Assembly (NCBI GenBank): GCA_964016885.1
Contig: OZ024751.1
Coordinates: forward strand, 4,464,001 to 4,528,000
Origin: Eledone cirrhosa
Lineage: Eukaryota
Direction of reading: 5' to 3'
Length of the DNA stretch: 64,000 nucleotides
Shown: in pieces, positions 1-13,687 of the stretch
Position numbering within the stretch: the stretch's first letter is position 1
How the letters are laid out: every line of letters starts with the position of its first letter
The notes under the pieces: generated by a model
What the model was told of the DNA's origin: nothing
What the model saw: only the letters and a program-made list of their open reading frames with translations
Database searches by the model: none
Translations under genes and position numbers: made by a program

Positions 1-3000
1 TGTATTACAGGGCTCAGAAATATCCCTTTCTTTGAGCTAATTAATAGTAAAAGACTATTTGAGTTTATAACTCTATATATAATATTCTCGGCTCCATGCG
101 TTGAGCTAATTTTTAGTCCCATGAAACCGGCTGCTATTTTTAGCGGCACGAGTATAGGACATGCTAGGCGCTGGGATACATGTGCGTTCAACAACACATT
201 TATCTCAGTCTTCCTAAGTATTTTGAAGTGAAACTTACCAATTTCTGGATACCTGCAGAAGAGCACAGGAATAGGAAATTTCACGTAATTGTTGCGAAAC
301 AAATTTAAAGTTTAAAATTTAAAATTTAAATTTGTCCAGGTATCACGGCTATTGCCAATATAGGTTTGTTTTTATTGATTTATTATTTTAAATCGAGACA
401 GGCAAACCGTATTAATTTAATTATTATTTTTCAATCTAGCAAACTTGGTCATTTGCAATGCATACACTTGTATACTTGTATCAGTGTTTATCCCTATCAT
501 ATATTCATTTGTATTACACGGCTCAGAAATATCCCTTTCTTTGAGCTATTTAATTTTAAAAGACTATTTGAGTTTATAACTCTATATATAATATTCTCGG
601 CTCCATGCGTTGAGCTAATTTTTAGTCCCATGAAACCGGCTGCTATTTTAAGCGGCACGAGTATAGGACGTGCTAGACGCTGGGATACATGTGCGTTCAA
701 CAAGACATTTATCTCAGTCTTCCTAAGTATTTTGAAGTGAAACTTACCAATTTCTGGATACCTGCAGAAGAGCACAGGAATAGGAAATTTCACTTAATTG
801 TTGCGAAACAAATTTAAAGTTCAGAATTTAAAATTTAAATGTGTCCAGGTATCACGGCTATACCAAATATAGGTTTATTTTTATTGATTTATTACTTGAA
901 ATCGAGACAGGCAAACCGTATTATTTTAATTAGTATTTTTCAATCTAGCTAACTAGGTCATTTGCAATGCAAACCCTTGTATACTTGTATCAGTGTTTAT
1001 CCCTATTATATATTCATTTGTATTACAGGGCTCAGAAATATCCCTATCTTTGAGCTATTTAATTGTAAAAGACTATTTGAGTTTATAACTCTATATATAA
1101 TATTCTCGGCTCCATGTGTTGAGCTAATTTTTAGTCCTATAAAACCGGCTGCTATTTTTAGCGGCACGAGTATAGGACGTGCTAGACGACGCTGGGATAC
1201 ATGTGCGTTCAACAACACATTTATCTCAGTCTTCCTATGTATTTTGAATTGAAGCTTACCTATTTCTGGATACCTGCAAAAGAGCACAGGAATATGAAAT
1301 TTCACGTAATTGTTGCGAAACAAATTTAATATTTACATTCGTCCAGGTATCACGGCTATTGCCAATATAGGTTTGTTTTTCTTGATTTATTATTTTAAAT
1401 CGAGACAGGCAAACAGTATTATTTTAATTAGTATTTTTCAATCTAGCTAACTTGGTCATTTGCAATGCAAACACTTGTATACTTGTATCAGTGTTTATCC
1501 CTATCATATATTCATTTGTATTACACGGCTCAGAAATATCCCTTTCTTTGAGCTATTTAATTGTAAAAGACTATTTGAGTTTATAACTCTATATATAATA
1601 TTCTCGGCTCCATGCGTTGAGCTAATTTTTAGTCCCATGAAACCGGCTGCTATTTTTAGTGGCACGAGTATAGGACGTGCTAGACGACGCTGGGATACAT
1701 GTGCGTTCAACAACACATTTATCTCAGTCTTCCTATGTATTTTGAATTGAAGCTTACCTATTTCTGGATACCTGCAAAAGAGCACAGGAATAGGAAATCT
1801 CACGTAATTGTTGCGAAACAAATTTAATATTTAAATTCGTCCAGGTATCACGGCTATTGCCAATATAGGTTTGTTTTTCTTGATTTATTATTTTAAATCG
1901 AGACGGGCAAACCGTTTAATTTTAATTAGTATTTTTCAATCTAGCTAACTTGGTCATTTGCAATGCAAACACTTGTATACTTGTAACAGTGTTTATTCCT
2001 ATCATGTATTCATTTGTATTACAGGGCTCAGAAATATCCCTTTCTTTGGACTATTTAATTGTAAAAGACTATTTGAATTTATAACTCTATATATAATATT
2101 CTCGGCTCCATGTGTTGAGCTAATTTTTAGTTCCATAAAACCGGCTGCTATTTTTAGCGGCACGAGAATAGGACGTGCTAGACGACTCTGGGATACATGT
2201 GCGTTCAACAACACATTTATCTCAGTCTTTGAAGTGAAACTTACCAATTTCTGGATACCTGCAGAAGAGCACAGGAATATGAAATTTCACTTAATCGTTG
2301 CGAAACAAATTTAAAGTCCAAAATTTAAAATTTAAATGTGTCCAGGTATCACGGCTATTCCCAATATAGGTTTTCTTTTTATTGATTTATTATTTTAAAT
2401 CGAGACGGGCAAACCGTTTAATTTTAATTAGTATTTTTCAATCTAGCTAACTTGGTCATTTGCAATGCAAACACTTGTATACTTGTAACAGTGTTTATTC
2501 TTATCATGTATTCATTTGTATTACAGGGCTCAGAAATATCCCTTTCTTTGGGCTATTTAATTGTAAAAGACTATTTGAATTTATAACTCTATATATAATA
2601 TTCTCGGCTCCATGTGTTGAGCTAATTTTTAGTCCCATAAAACCGGCTGCTATTTTTAGCGGCACGAGAATAGGACGTGCCAGACGACGCTGGGATACAT
2701 GTGCGTTCAACAACACATTTATCTCAGTCTTCCTAAGTATTTTGAATTGAAATTTACCAATTTCTGGATACCGGCAGAAGAGCACAGGAATAGGAATTTT
2801 CACGTAATTGTTGCGAAACAAATTTAAAGTTTAAAATTTAAAATTTAAATTTGTCCAGGTATCACGGCTATTGCCAATATAGGTTTGCTTTTATTGATTT
2901 ATTATTTTAAATCGAGACAGGCAAACAGTATTATTTTAATCAGTATTTTTCAATCTAGCTAACTTGGTCATTTGCAATGCAAACACTTGTATACTTGTAA

Positions 3001-5516
3001 CAGTGTTTATTCCTATCATATATTCATTTGTATTACAGGGCTCAGAAATATCCCTTTCTTTGAGCTATTTAATTGTAAAAGACTATTTGAGTTTATAACT
3101 CTATATATAATATTCTCGGCTCCATGCGTTGAGCTAATTCTTAGTCCCATAAAACCGGCTGCTATTTTGAGCGGCACGAGTATAGGACGTGCTAGACGCT
3201 GGGATACATGTGCGTTCAACAACACATTTATCTCAGTCTTCCTAAGTATTTTGAATTGAAATTTACCAATTTCTGGATACCTGCAGAAGAGCACAGGAAT
3301 AGGAAATTCCACATAATTGTTGCGAAACAAATTTAAAGTTTAAAATTTAAAATTTAAATTTGTCCAGGTATCACGGCTATTGCCAATATAGGTTTATTTT
3401 TATGTATTTGTTATTTTAAATCGAGACAGGCAAACAGTATTATTTTAATTAGTATTTTTAAATCGAGCTAACTTGGTCGTTTGCAATGCAAACACTTGTA
3501 TACTCGAATCAGTGTTTATCCCTATCATATATTCATTTGTATTACAGGGCTCAGAAATATCCCTTTCTTTGAGCTAATTAATAGTAAAAGACTATTTGAG
3601 TTTATAACTCTATATATAATATTCTCGGCTCCATGCGTTGAGCTAATTTTTAGTCCCATGAAACCGGCTGCTATTTTTAGCGGCACGAGTATAGGACGTG
3701 CTAGGCGCTGGGATACATGTGCGTTCAACAACACATTTATCTCAGTCTTCCTAAGTATTTTGAAGTGAAACTTACCAATTTCTGGATACCTGCAGAAGAG
3801 CACAGGAATAGGAAATTTCACGTAATTGTTGCAAAACAAGTTTAAAGTTTAAAATTTAAAATTTAAATTTGTCCAGGTATCACGGCTATTGCCAATATAG
3901 GTTAGTTTTTATTGATTTATTATTTTAAATCGAGACAGGCAAACCGTATTAATTTAATTATTATTTTGCAATCTAGCTAACTTGGTCATTTGCAATGCAA
4001 ACACTTGTATACTTGTATCAGTGTTTATCCCTATCATATATTCATTTGTATTACACGGCTCAGAAATATCCCTTTCTTTGAGCTATTTAATTTTAAAAGA
4101 CTATTTGAGTTTATAACTCTATATATAATATTCTCGGCACCATGCGTTGAGCTAATTTTAAGTCCCATGAAACCGGCTGCTATTTTAAGCGGCACGAGTA
4201 TAGGACGTGCTAGACGCTGGGATACATGTGCGTTCAACAACACATTTATCTCAGTCTTCCTAAGTACTTTGAAGTGAAACTTACCAATTTCTGGATACCT
4301 GCAGAAGAGCACAGGAATAGGAAATTTCACTTAATTGTTGCGAAACAAATTTAAAGTTCAGTATTTAAAATTTAAATGTGTCCAGGTATCACGGCTATAC
4401 CAAATATAGGTTTATTTTTATTGATTTATTATTTGAAATCGAGACAGGCAAACCGTATTATTTTAATTAGTATTTTTCAATCTAGCTAACTTGGTCATTT
4501 GCAATGCAAACCCTTGTATACTTGTATCAGTGTTTATCACTATTATATATTCATTTGTATTACAGGGCTCAGAAATATCTCTTTCTTTGAGCTATTTAAT
4601 TGTAAAAGACTATTTGAGTTTATAACTCTATATATAATATTCTCGGCTCCATGCGTTGAGCTAATTTTTATTCCCATGAAACCAGCTGCTATTTTTAGTG
4701 GCACGAGTTTAGGACGTACTAGACGCTGGGATACATGTGCGTTCAACAACACATTTATCTCAGTCGTCCTAAGTATTTTGAAGTGAAATTTACCAATTTC
4801 TGGATACCGCCAGAAGAGCACAGGAATAGGAATTTTCACGTAATTGTTGCGAAACAAATTTAAAGTTTAAAATTTAAAATTTAAATTTGTCCAGGTATCA
4901 TGGCTATTGCCAATATAGGTTTGTTTTTATTGATTTATTATTTTAAATCGAGACAGGCAAACAGTATTATTTTAATCCGTATTTTTCAATCTAGCTAACT
5001 TGGTCATTTGCAATGCAAACACTTGTATACTTGTAACAGTGTTTATTCCTATCATATATTCATTTGTATTACAGGGCTCAGAAATATCCCTTTCTTTGAG
5101 CTATTTAATTGTAAAAGACTATTTGAGTTTATAACTCTATATACAATATTCTCGGCTCCATGCGTTGAGCTAATTTTTAGTCCCATGAAACCGGCTGCTA
5201 TTTTTAGCGGCACGAGTATAGGACGTGCTAGGCGCTGGGATACATGTGCGTTCAACAACACATTTATCTCAGTCTTCCTAAGTATTTTGAAGTGAAACTT
5301 ACCAATTTCTGGATACCTGCAGAAGAGCACAGGAATAGGAAATTTCACGTAATTGTTGCAAAACAAGTTTAAAGTTTAAAATTTAAAATTTAAATTTGTC
5401 CAGGTATCACGGCTATTGCCAATATAGGTTAGTTTTTATTGATTTATTATTTTAAATCGAGACAGGCAAACCGTATTAATTTAATTATTATTTTTCAATC
5501 TAGCTAACTTGGTCAT

Positions 5517-8500
5517 TTTCAATGCAAACACTTGTATACTTGTATCAGTGTTTATCCCTATCATATATTCATTTGTATTACACGGCTCAGAATGATCCCT
5601 TTCTTTGAGCTATTTAATTGTAAAAGACTATTTGAGTTTATAACTCTATATATAATATTCTCGGCTCCATGCGTTGAGCTAATTTTTAGTCCCATGAAAC
5701 CAGCTGCTATTTTTAGTGGCACGAGTATAGGACGTGCTAGACGCTGGGATACATGTGCGTTCAACAACACATTTATCTCAGTCTTCCTAAGTATTTTGAA
5801 GTGAAATTTACCAATTTCTGGATACCGGCAGAAGAGCACAGGAATAGGAATTTTCACGTAATTGTTGCGAAACAAATTTAAAGTTTAAAATTTAAAATTT
5901 AAATTTGTCCAGGTATCACGGCTATTGCCAATATAGGTTTGCTTTTATTGATTTATTATTTTAAATCGAGACAGGCAAACAGTATTATTTTAATCAGTAT
6001 TTTTCAATCTAGCTAACTTGGTCATTTGCAATGCAAACACTTGTATACTTGTAACAGTGTTTATTCCTATCATATATTCATTTGTATTACAGGGCTCAGA
6101 AATATCCCTTCCTTTGAGCTATTTAATTGTAAAAGACTATTTGAGTTTATAACTCTATATATAATATTCTCGGCTCCATGCGTTGAGCTAATTCTTAGTC
6201 CCATAAAACCGGCTGCTATTTTGAGCGGCACGAGTATAGGACGTGCTAGACGCTGGGATACATGTGCGTTCAACAACACATTTATCTCAGTCTTCCTAAG
6301 TATTTTGAAGTGAAACTTACCAATTTCTGGATACCTGCAGAAGAGCACAGGAATAGGAAATTTCACATAATTGTTGCGAAACAAATTTAAAGTTTAAAAT
6401 TTAAAATTTAAATTTGTCCAGGTAACATGGCTATTGCCAATATAGGTTTGTTTTTATTGATTTATTATTTTAAATCGAGACAGGCAAACCGTATTATTTT
6501 AATTATTATTTTTCAATCTAGCTAACTTGGTCATTTGCAATGCAAACACTTGTATACTTGTAACAGTGTTTATCCCTATCATATATTCATTTGTATTACA
6601 CGGCTCAGAAATATCCCTTTCTTTCAGCTATTTAATTGTAAAAGACTATTTGAGTTTATAACTCTATATATAATATTCTCGGCTCCATGCGTTGAGCTAA
6701 TTTTTAGTCCCATAAAACCGGCTGCTATTTTTAGCGGCACGAGTATAGGACGTGCTAGACGACGCTGGGATACATGTGCGTTCAACAACGTATTTATCTC
6801 AGTCTTCCTAAGTATTTTGAAGTGAAGCTTACCTATTTCTGGATACCTGCAGAAGAGCACAGGAATAGGAAATATCACTTAATTGTTGCGAAACAAATTT
6901 AAAGTTTAAAATTTAAAATTTAAATTTTTCCAGATATCACTGCTATTGCCAATATAGATTTGTTTTTATTGATTTATTATTTTAAATCGAGACAGGCAAA
7001 CAGTATTATTTTAATTAGTATTTTTCAATCTAGCTAACTTGGTCATTTGCAATGCAAACACTTGTATACTTGTATCAGTGTTTATCCCTATCATATATTC
7101 ATTTGTATTACACGGCTCAGAAATATCCCTTTCTTTGAGCTATTTAATTGTAAAAGACTATTTGAGTTTATAACTCTATATATAATATTCTCGGCTCCAT
7201 GCGTTGAGCTCATTGTTAGTCCCATAAAACCGGCTGCTATTTATAGCGGCACGAGTATAGGACGTGCTAGACGACGCTGGGATACATGTGCGTTCAACAA
7301 GACATTTATCTCAGTCTTCCTAAGTATTTTGTAGTGAAACTTACCAATTTCCGTCTACCTGCAGACGAGCACAGGAATTGGAAATTTCACTTAATTGTTG
7401 CCAAACAAATTTAAAGTTCAAAATTTAAAATTTAAATTTGTCTAGGTTTCACGGCTATTCCAAATATAGGTTTGTTTTTATTGATTTATTATTTTAAAAC
7501 GAGACAGTCAAACCGTATTATTTTAATTAGTATTTTTCTATCTAGCTAACTTGGTTATTTGCAATGCAAACACTTGTATACTTGCATCAGTGTTTATCCC
7601 TATCATATATTCATTTGTATTACAGGGCTCAGAAATATCCCTTTCTTTGAGCTATTTAATTGTAAAAGACTATTTGAGTTTATAACTCTATATATAATAT
7701 TCTCGGCTCCATGCGCTGAGCTAATTTTTAGTCCCATAAAACCGGCTGCTATTTTTAACGGCACGAGAATAGGACGTGCCAGACGACGCTGGGATACATG
7801 TGCGTTCAACAACACATTTATCTCAGTCTTCCTAAGTATTTTGAAGTGAAATTTACCAATTTCTGTCTACCTGCAGAAGAGCACAAGAATAGGAAATTTC
7901 ACATAATTGTTGCGAAACAAATTTAAAGTTTAAAATTTAAAATTTAAATTTGTCCAGGTATCATGGCTATTGCCAATATAGGTTTGTTTTTATTGATTTA
8001 TTATTTTAAATCGAGACAGGCAAACCGTATTAATTTAATTATTATTTTTCAATCTAGCTAACTTGGTCATTTTCAATGCAAACACTTGTATACTTGTATC
8101 AGTGTTTATCCCTATCATATATTCATTTGTATTACAGGGCTCAGAAATATCCCTTTCTTTGAGCTATTTAATTGTAAAAGACTATTTGAGTTTATAACTC
8201 TATATATAATATTCTCGGCTCCATGCGTTGAGCTAATTTTTAGTCCCATGAAACCAGCTGCTATTTTTAGTGGCACGAGTATAGGACGTGCTAGACGCTG
8301 GGATACATGTGCGTTCAACAACACATTTATCTCAGTCTTCCTAAGTATTTTGAAGTGAAATTTACCAATTTCTGGATACCGGCAGAAGAGCACAGGAATA
8401 GGAATTTTCACGTAATTGTTGCGAAAAAAATTTAAAGTTTAAAATTTAAAATTTAAATTTGTCCAGGTATCACGGCTATTGCCAATATAGGTTTGCTTTT

Positions 8501-11500
8501 ATTGATTTATTATTTTAAATCGAGACAGGCAAACAGTATTATTTTAATCAGTATTTTTCAATCTAGCTAACTTGGTCATTTGCAATGCAAACACTTGTAT
8601 ACTTGTAACAGTGTTTATTCCTATCATATATTCATTTGTATTACAGGGCTCAGAAATATCCCTTCCTTTGAGCTATTTAATTGTAAAAGACTATTTGAGT
8701 TTATAACTCTATATATAATATTCTCGGCTCCATGCGTTGAGCTAATTCTTAGTCCCATAAAACCGGCTGCTATTTTGAGCGGCACGAGTATAGGACGTGC
8801 TAGACGCTGGGATACATGTGCGTTCAACAACACATTTATCTCAGTCTTCCTAAGTATTTTGAAGTGAAACTTACCAATTTCTGGATACCTGCAGAAGAGC
8901 ACAGGAATAGGAAATTTCACATAATTGTTGCGAAACAAATTTAAAGTTTAAAATTTAAAATTTAAATTTGTCCAGGTAACATGGCTATTGCCAATATAGG
9001 TTTGTTTTTATTGATTTATTATTTTAAATCGAGACAGGCAAACCGTATTATTTTAATTATTATTTTTCAATCTAGCTAACTTGGTCATTTGCAATGCAAA
9101 CACTTGTATACTTGTAACAGTGTTTATCCCTATCATATATTCATTTGTATTACACGGCTCAGAAATATCCCTTTCTTTCAGCTATTTAATTGTAAAAGAC
9201 TATTTGAGTTTATAACTCTATATATAATATTCTCGGCTCCATGCGTTGAGCTAATTTTTAGTCCCATAAAACCGGCTGCTATTTTTAGCGGCACGAGTAT
9301 AGGACGTGCTAGACGACGCTGGGATACATGTGCGTTCAACAACGTATTTATCTCAGTCTTCCTAAGTATTTTGAAGTGAAGCTTACCTATTTCTGGATAC
9401 CTGCAGAAGAGCACAGGAATAGGAAATATCACTTAATTGTTGCGAAACAAATTTAAAGTTTAAAATTTAAAATTTAAATTTTTCCAGATATCACTGCTAT
9501 TGCCAATATAGATTTGTTTTTATTGATTTATTATTTTAAATCGAGACAGGCAAACAGTATTATTTTAATTAGTATTTTTCAATCTAGCTAACTTGGTCAT
9601 TTGCAATGCAAACACTTGTATACTTGTATCAGTGTTTATCCCTATCATATATTCATTTGTATTACACGGCTCAGAAATATCCCTTTCTTTGAGCTATTTA
9701 ATTGTAAAAGACTATTTGAGTTTATAACTCTATATATAATATTCTCGGCTCCATGCGTTGAGCTCATTGTTAGTCCCATAAAACCGGCTGCTATTTATAG
9801 CGGCACGAGTATAGGACGTGCTAGACGACGCTGGGATACATGTGCGTTCAACAAGACATTTATCTCAGTCTTCCTAAGTATTTTGTAGTGAAACTTACCA
9901 ATTTCCGTCTACCTGCAGACGAGCACAGGAATTGGAAATTTCACTTAATTGTTGCCAAACAAATTTAAAGTTCAAAATTTAAAATTTAAATTTGTCTAGG
10001 TTTCACGGCTATTCCAAATATAGGTTTGTTTTTATTGATTTATTATTTTAAAACGAGACAGTCAAACCGTATTATTTTAATTAGTATTTTTCTATCTAGC
10101 TAACTTGGTTATTTGCAATGCAAACACTTGTATACTTGCATCAGTGTTTATCCCTATCATATATTCATTTGTATTACAGGGCTCAGAAATATCCCTTTCT
10201 TTGAGCTATTTAATTGTAAAAGACTATTTGAGTTTATAACTCTATATATAATATTCTCGGCTCCATGCGCTGAGCTAATTTTTAGTCCCATAAAACCGGC
10301 TGCTATTTTTAACGGCACGAGAATAGGACGTGCCAGACGACGCTGGGATACATGTGCGTTCAACAACACATTTATCTCAGTCTTCCTAAGTATTTTGAAG
10401 TGAAATTTACCAATTTCTGTCTACCTGCAGAAGAGCACAAGAATAGGAAATTTCACATAATTGTTGCGAAACAAATTTAAAGTTTAAAATTTAAAATTTA
10501 AATTTGTCCAGGTATCATGGCTATTGCCAATATAGGTTTGTTTTTATTGATTTATTATTTTAAATCGAGACAGGCAAACCGTATTAATTTAATTATTATT
10601 TTTCAATCTAGCTAACTTGGTCATTTTCAATGCAAACACTTGTATACTTGTATCAGTGTTTATCCCTATCATATATTCATTTGTATTACAGGGCTCAGAA
10701 ATATCCCTTTCTTTGAGCTATTTAATTGTAAAAGACTATTTGAGTTTATAACTCTATATATAATATTCTCGGCTCCATGCGTTGAGCTAATTTTTAGTCC
10801 CATGAAACCAGCTGCTATTTTTAGTGGCACGAGTATAGGACGTGCTAGACGCTGGGATACATGTGCGTTCAACAACACATTTATCTCAGTCTTCCTAAGT
10901 ATTTTGAAGTGAAATTTACCAATTTCTGGATACCGGCAGAAGAGCACAGGAATAGGAATTTTCACGTAATTGTTGCGAAACAAATTTAAAGTTTAAAATT
11001 TAAAATTTAAATTTGTCCAGGTATCACGGCTATTGCCAATATAGGTTTGCTTTTATTGATTTATTATTTTAAATCGAGACAGGCAAACAGTATTATTTTA
11101 ATCAGTATTTTTCAATCTAGCTAACTTGGTCATTTGCAATGCAAACACTTGTATACTTGTAACAGTGTTTATTCCTATCATATATTCATTTGTATTACAG
11201 GGCTCAGAAATATCCCTTCCTTTGAGCTATTTAATTGTAAAAGACTATTTGAGTTTATAACTCTATATATAATATTCTCGGCTCCATGCGTTGAGCTAAT
11301 TCTTAGTCCCATAAAACCGGCTGCTATTTTGAGCGGCACGAGTATAGGACGTGCTAGACGCTGGGATACATGTGCGTTCAACAACACATTTATCTCAGTC
11401 TTCCTAAGTATTTTGAAGTGAAACTTACCAATTTCTGGATACCTGCAGAAGAGCACAGGAATAGGAAATTTCACATAATTGTTGCGAAACAAATTTAAAG

Positions 11501-13687
11501 TTTAAAATTTAAAATTTAAATTTGTCCAGGTAACATGGCTATTGCCAATATAGGTTTGTTTTTATTGATTTATTATTTTAAATCGAGACAGGCAAACCGT
11601 ATTAATTTAATTATTATTTTTCAATCTAGCTAACTTGGTCATTTGCAATGCAAACACTTGTATACTTGTAACAGTGTTTATCCCTATCATATATTCATTT
11701 GTATTACACGGCTCAGAAATATCCCTTTCTTTCAGCTATTTAATTGTAAAAGACTATTTGAGTTTATAACTCTATATATAATATTCTCGGCTCTATGCGT
11801 TGAGCTAATTTTTAGTCCCATAAAACCGGCTGCTATTTTTAGCGGCACGAGTATAGGACGTGCTAGACGACGCTGGGATACATGTGCGTTCAACAACGTA
11901 TTTATCTCAGTCTTCCTAAGTATTTTGAAGTGAAGCTTACCTATTTCTGGATACCTGCAGAAGAGCACAGGAATAGGAAATATCACTTAATTGTTGCGAA
12001 ACAAATTTAAAGTTTAAAATTTAAAATTTAAATTTTTCCAGATATCACTGCTATTGCCAATATAGATTTGTTTTTATTGATTTATTATTTTAAATCGAGA
12101 CAGGCAAACAGTATTATTTTAATTAGTATTTTTCAATCTAGCTAACTTGGTCATTTGCAATGCAAACACTTGTATACTTGTATCAGTGTTTATCCCTATC
12201 ATATATTCATTTGTATTACACGGCTCAGAAATATCCCTTTCTTTGAGCTATTTAATTGTAAAAGACTATTTGAGTTTATAACTCTATATATAATATTCTC
12301 GGCTCCATGCGTTGAGCTCATTGTTAGTCCCATAAAACCGGCTGCTATTTATAGCGGCACGAGTATAGGACGTGCTAGACGACGCTGGGATACATGTGCG
12401 TTCAACAAGACATTTATCTCAGTCTTCCTAAGTATTTTGTAGTGAAACTTACCAATTTCCGTCTACCTGCAGACGAGCACAGGAATTGGAAATTTCACTT
12501 AATTGTTGCCAAACAAATTTAAAGTTCAAAATTTAAAATTTAAATTTGTCTAGGTTTCACGGCTATTCCAAATATAGGTTTGTTTTTATTGATTTATTAT
12601 TTTAAAACGAGACAGTCAAACCGTATTATTTTAATTAGTATTTTTCTATCTAGCTAACTTGGTCATTTGCAATGCAAACACTTGTATACTTGCATCAGTG
12701 TTTATCCCTATCATACATTCATTTGTATTACAGGGCTCAGAAATATCCCTTTCTTTGAGCTATTTAATTGTAAAAGACTATTTGAGTTTATAACTCTATA
12801 TATAATATTCTCGGCTCCATGCGCTGAGCTAATTTTTAGTCCCATAAAACCGGCTGCTATTTTTAACGGCACGAGAATAGGACGTGCCAGACGACGCTGG
12901 GATACATGTGCGTTCAACAACACATTTATCTCAGTCTTCCTAAGTATTTTGAAGTGAAACTTACCAATTTCTGTCTACCTGCAGAAGAGCACAGGAATAG
13001 GAAATTTCACATAATTGTTGCGAAACAAATTTAAAGTTTAAAATTTAAAATTTAAATTTGTCCAGGTATCATGGCTATTGCCAATATAGGTTTGTTTTTA
13101 TTGATTTATTATTTTAAATCGAGACAGGTAAACCGTATTAATTTAATTATTATTTTTCAATCTAGCTAACTTGGTCATTTTCAATGCAAACACTTGTAAA
13201 CTTGTATCAGTGTTTATCCCTATCATATATTCATTTGTATTACACGGCTCAGAATGATCCCTTTCTTTGAGCTATTTAATTGTAAAAGACTATTTGAGTT
13301 TATAACTCGATATATAATATTCTCGGCTCCATGCGTTGAGCTAATTTTTAGTCCCATGAAACCAGCTGCTATTTTTAGTGGCACGAGTATAGGACGTGCT
13401 AGACGCTGGGATACATGTGCGTTCAACAACACATTTATCTCAGTCTTCCTAAGTATTTTGAAGTGAAATTTACCAATTTCTGGATACCGGCAGAAGAGCA
13501 CAGGAATAGGAATTTTCACGTAATTGTTGCGAAACAAATTTAAAGTTTAAAATTTAAAATTTAAATTTGTCCAGGTATCACGGCTATTGCCAATATAGGT
13601 TTGCTTTTATTGATTTATTATTTTAAATCGAGACAGGCAAACAGTATTATTTTAATTAGTATTTTTCAATCTAGCTAACTTGGTCAT
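5517..13687. repeat. 5-monomer higher-order repeat, period 2554 bp, about 3.2 copies
   Basis: Diagnostic monomer variants recur at 6026/8580/11134, 6535/9089/11643, 7047/9601/12155 and 7559/10113/12667. Confidence 0.92.

Noticed and set aside
230-280. Minus-strand splice-like signals ctcttctgcag|gtatccagaaattg|gtaagt
   Set aside because: The donor is strong and GT is retained in the variants I checked. However, the exon would be 14 nt (frame-shifting) and the acceptor AG is lost in several monomer types.
256-284. Hammerhead inside the satellite monomer (cagaagag...gaaa), as in newt or schistosome satellites
   Set aside because: The core is not CUGANGA, and no stem I or II pairing can be drawn.
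325-370. Repeated 24-nt micro-exon on the plus strand (tttgtccag|GTATCACGGCTATTGCCAATATAG|gtttgt, GITAIANI)
   Set aside because: It would preserve frame, but the donor GT is lost in many monomers (atagatttg, atagttttg) and the acceptor in others (gtcccggt). Only spliced RNA-seq reads could revive the idea.
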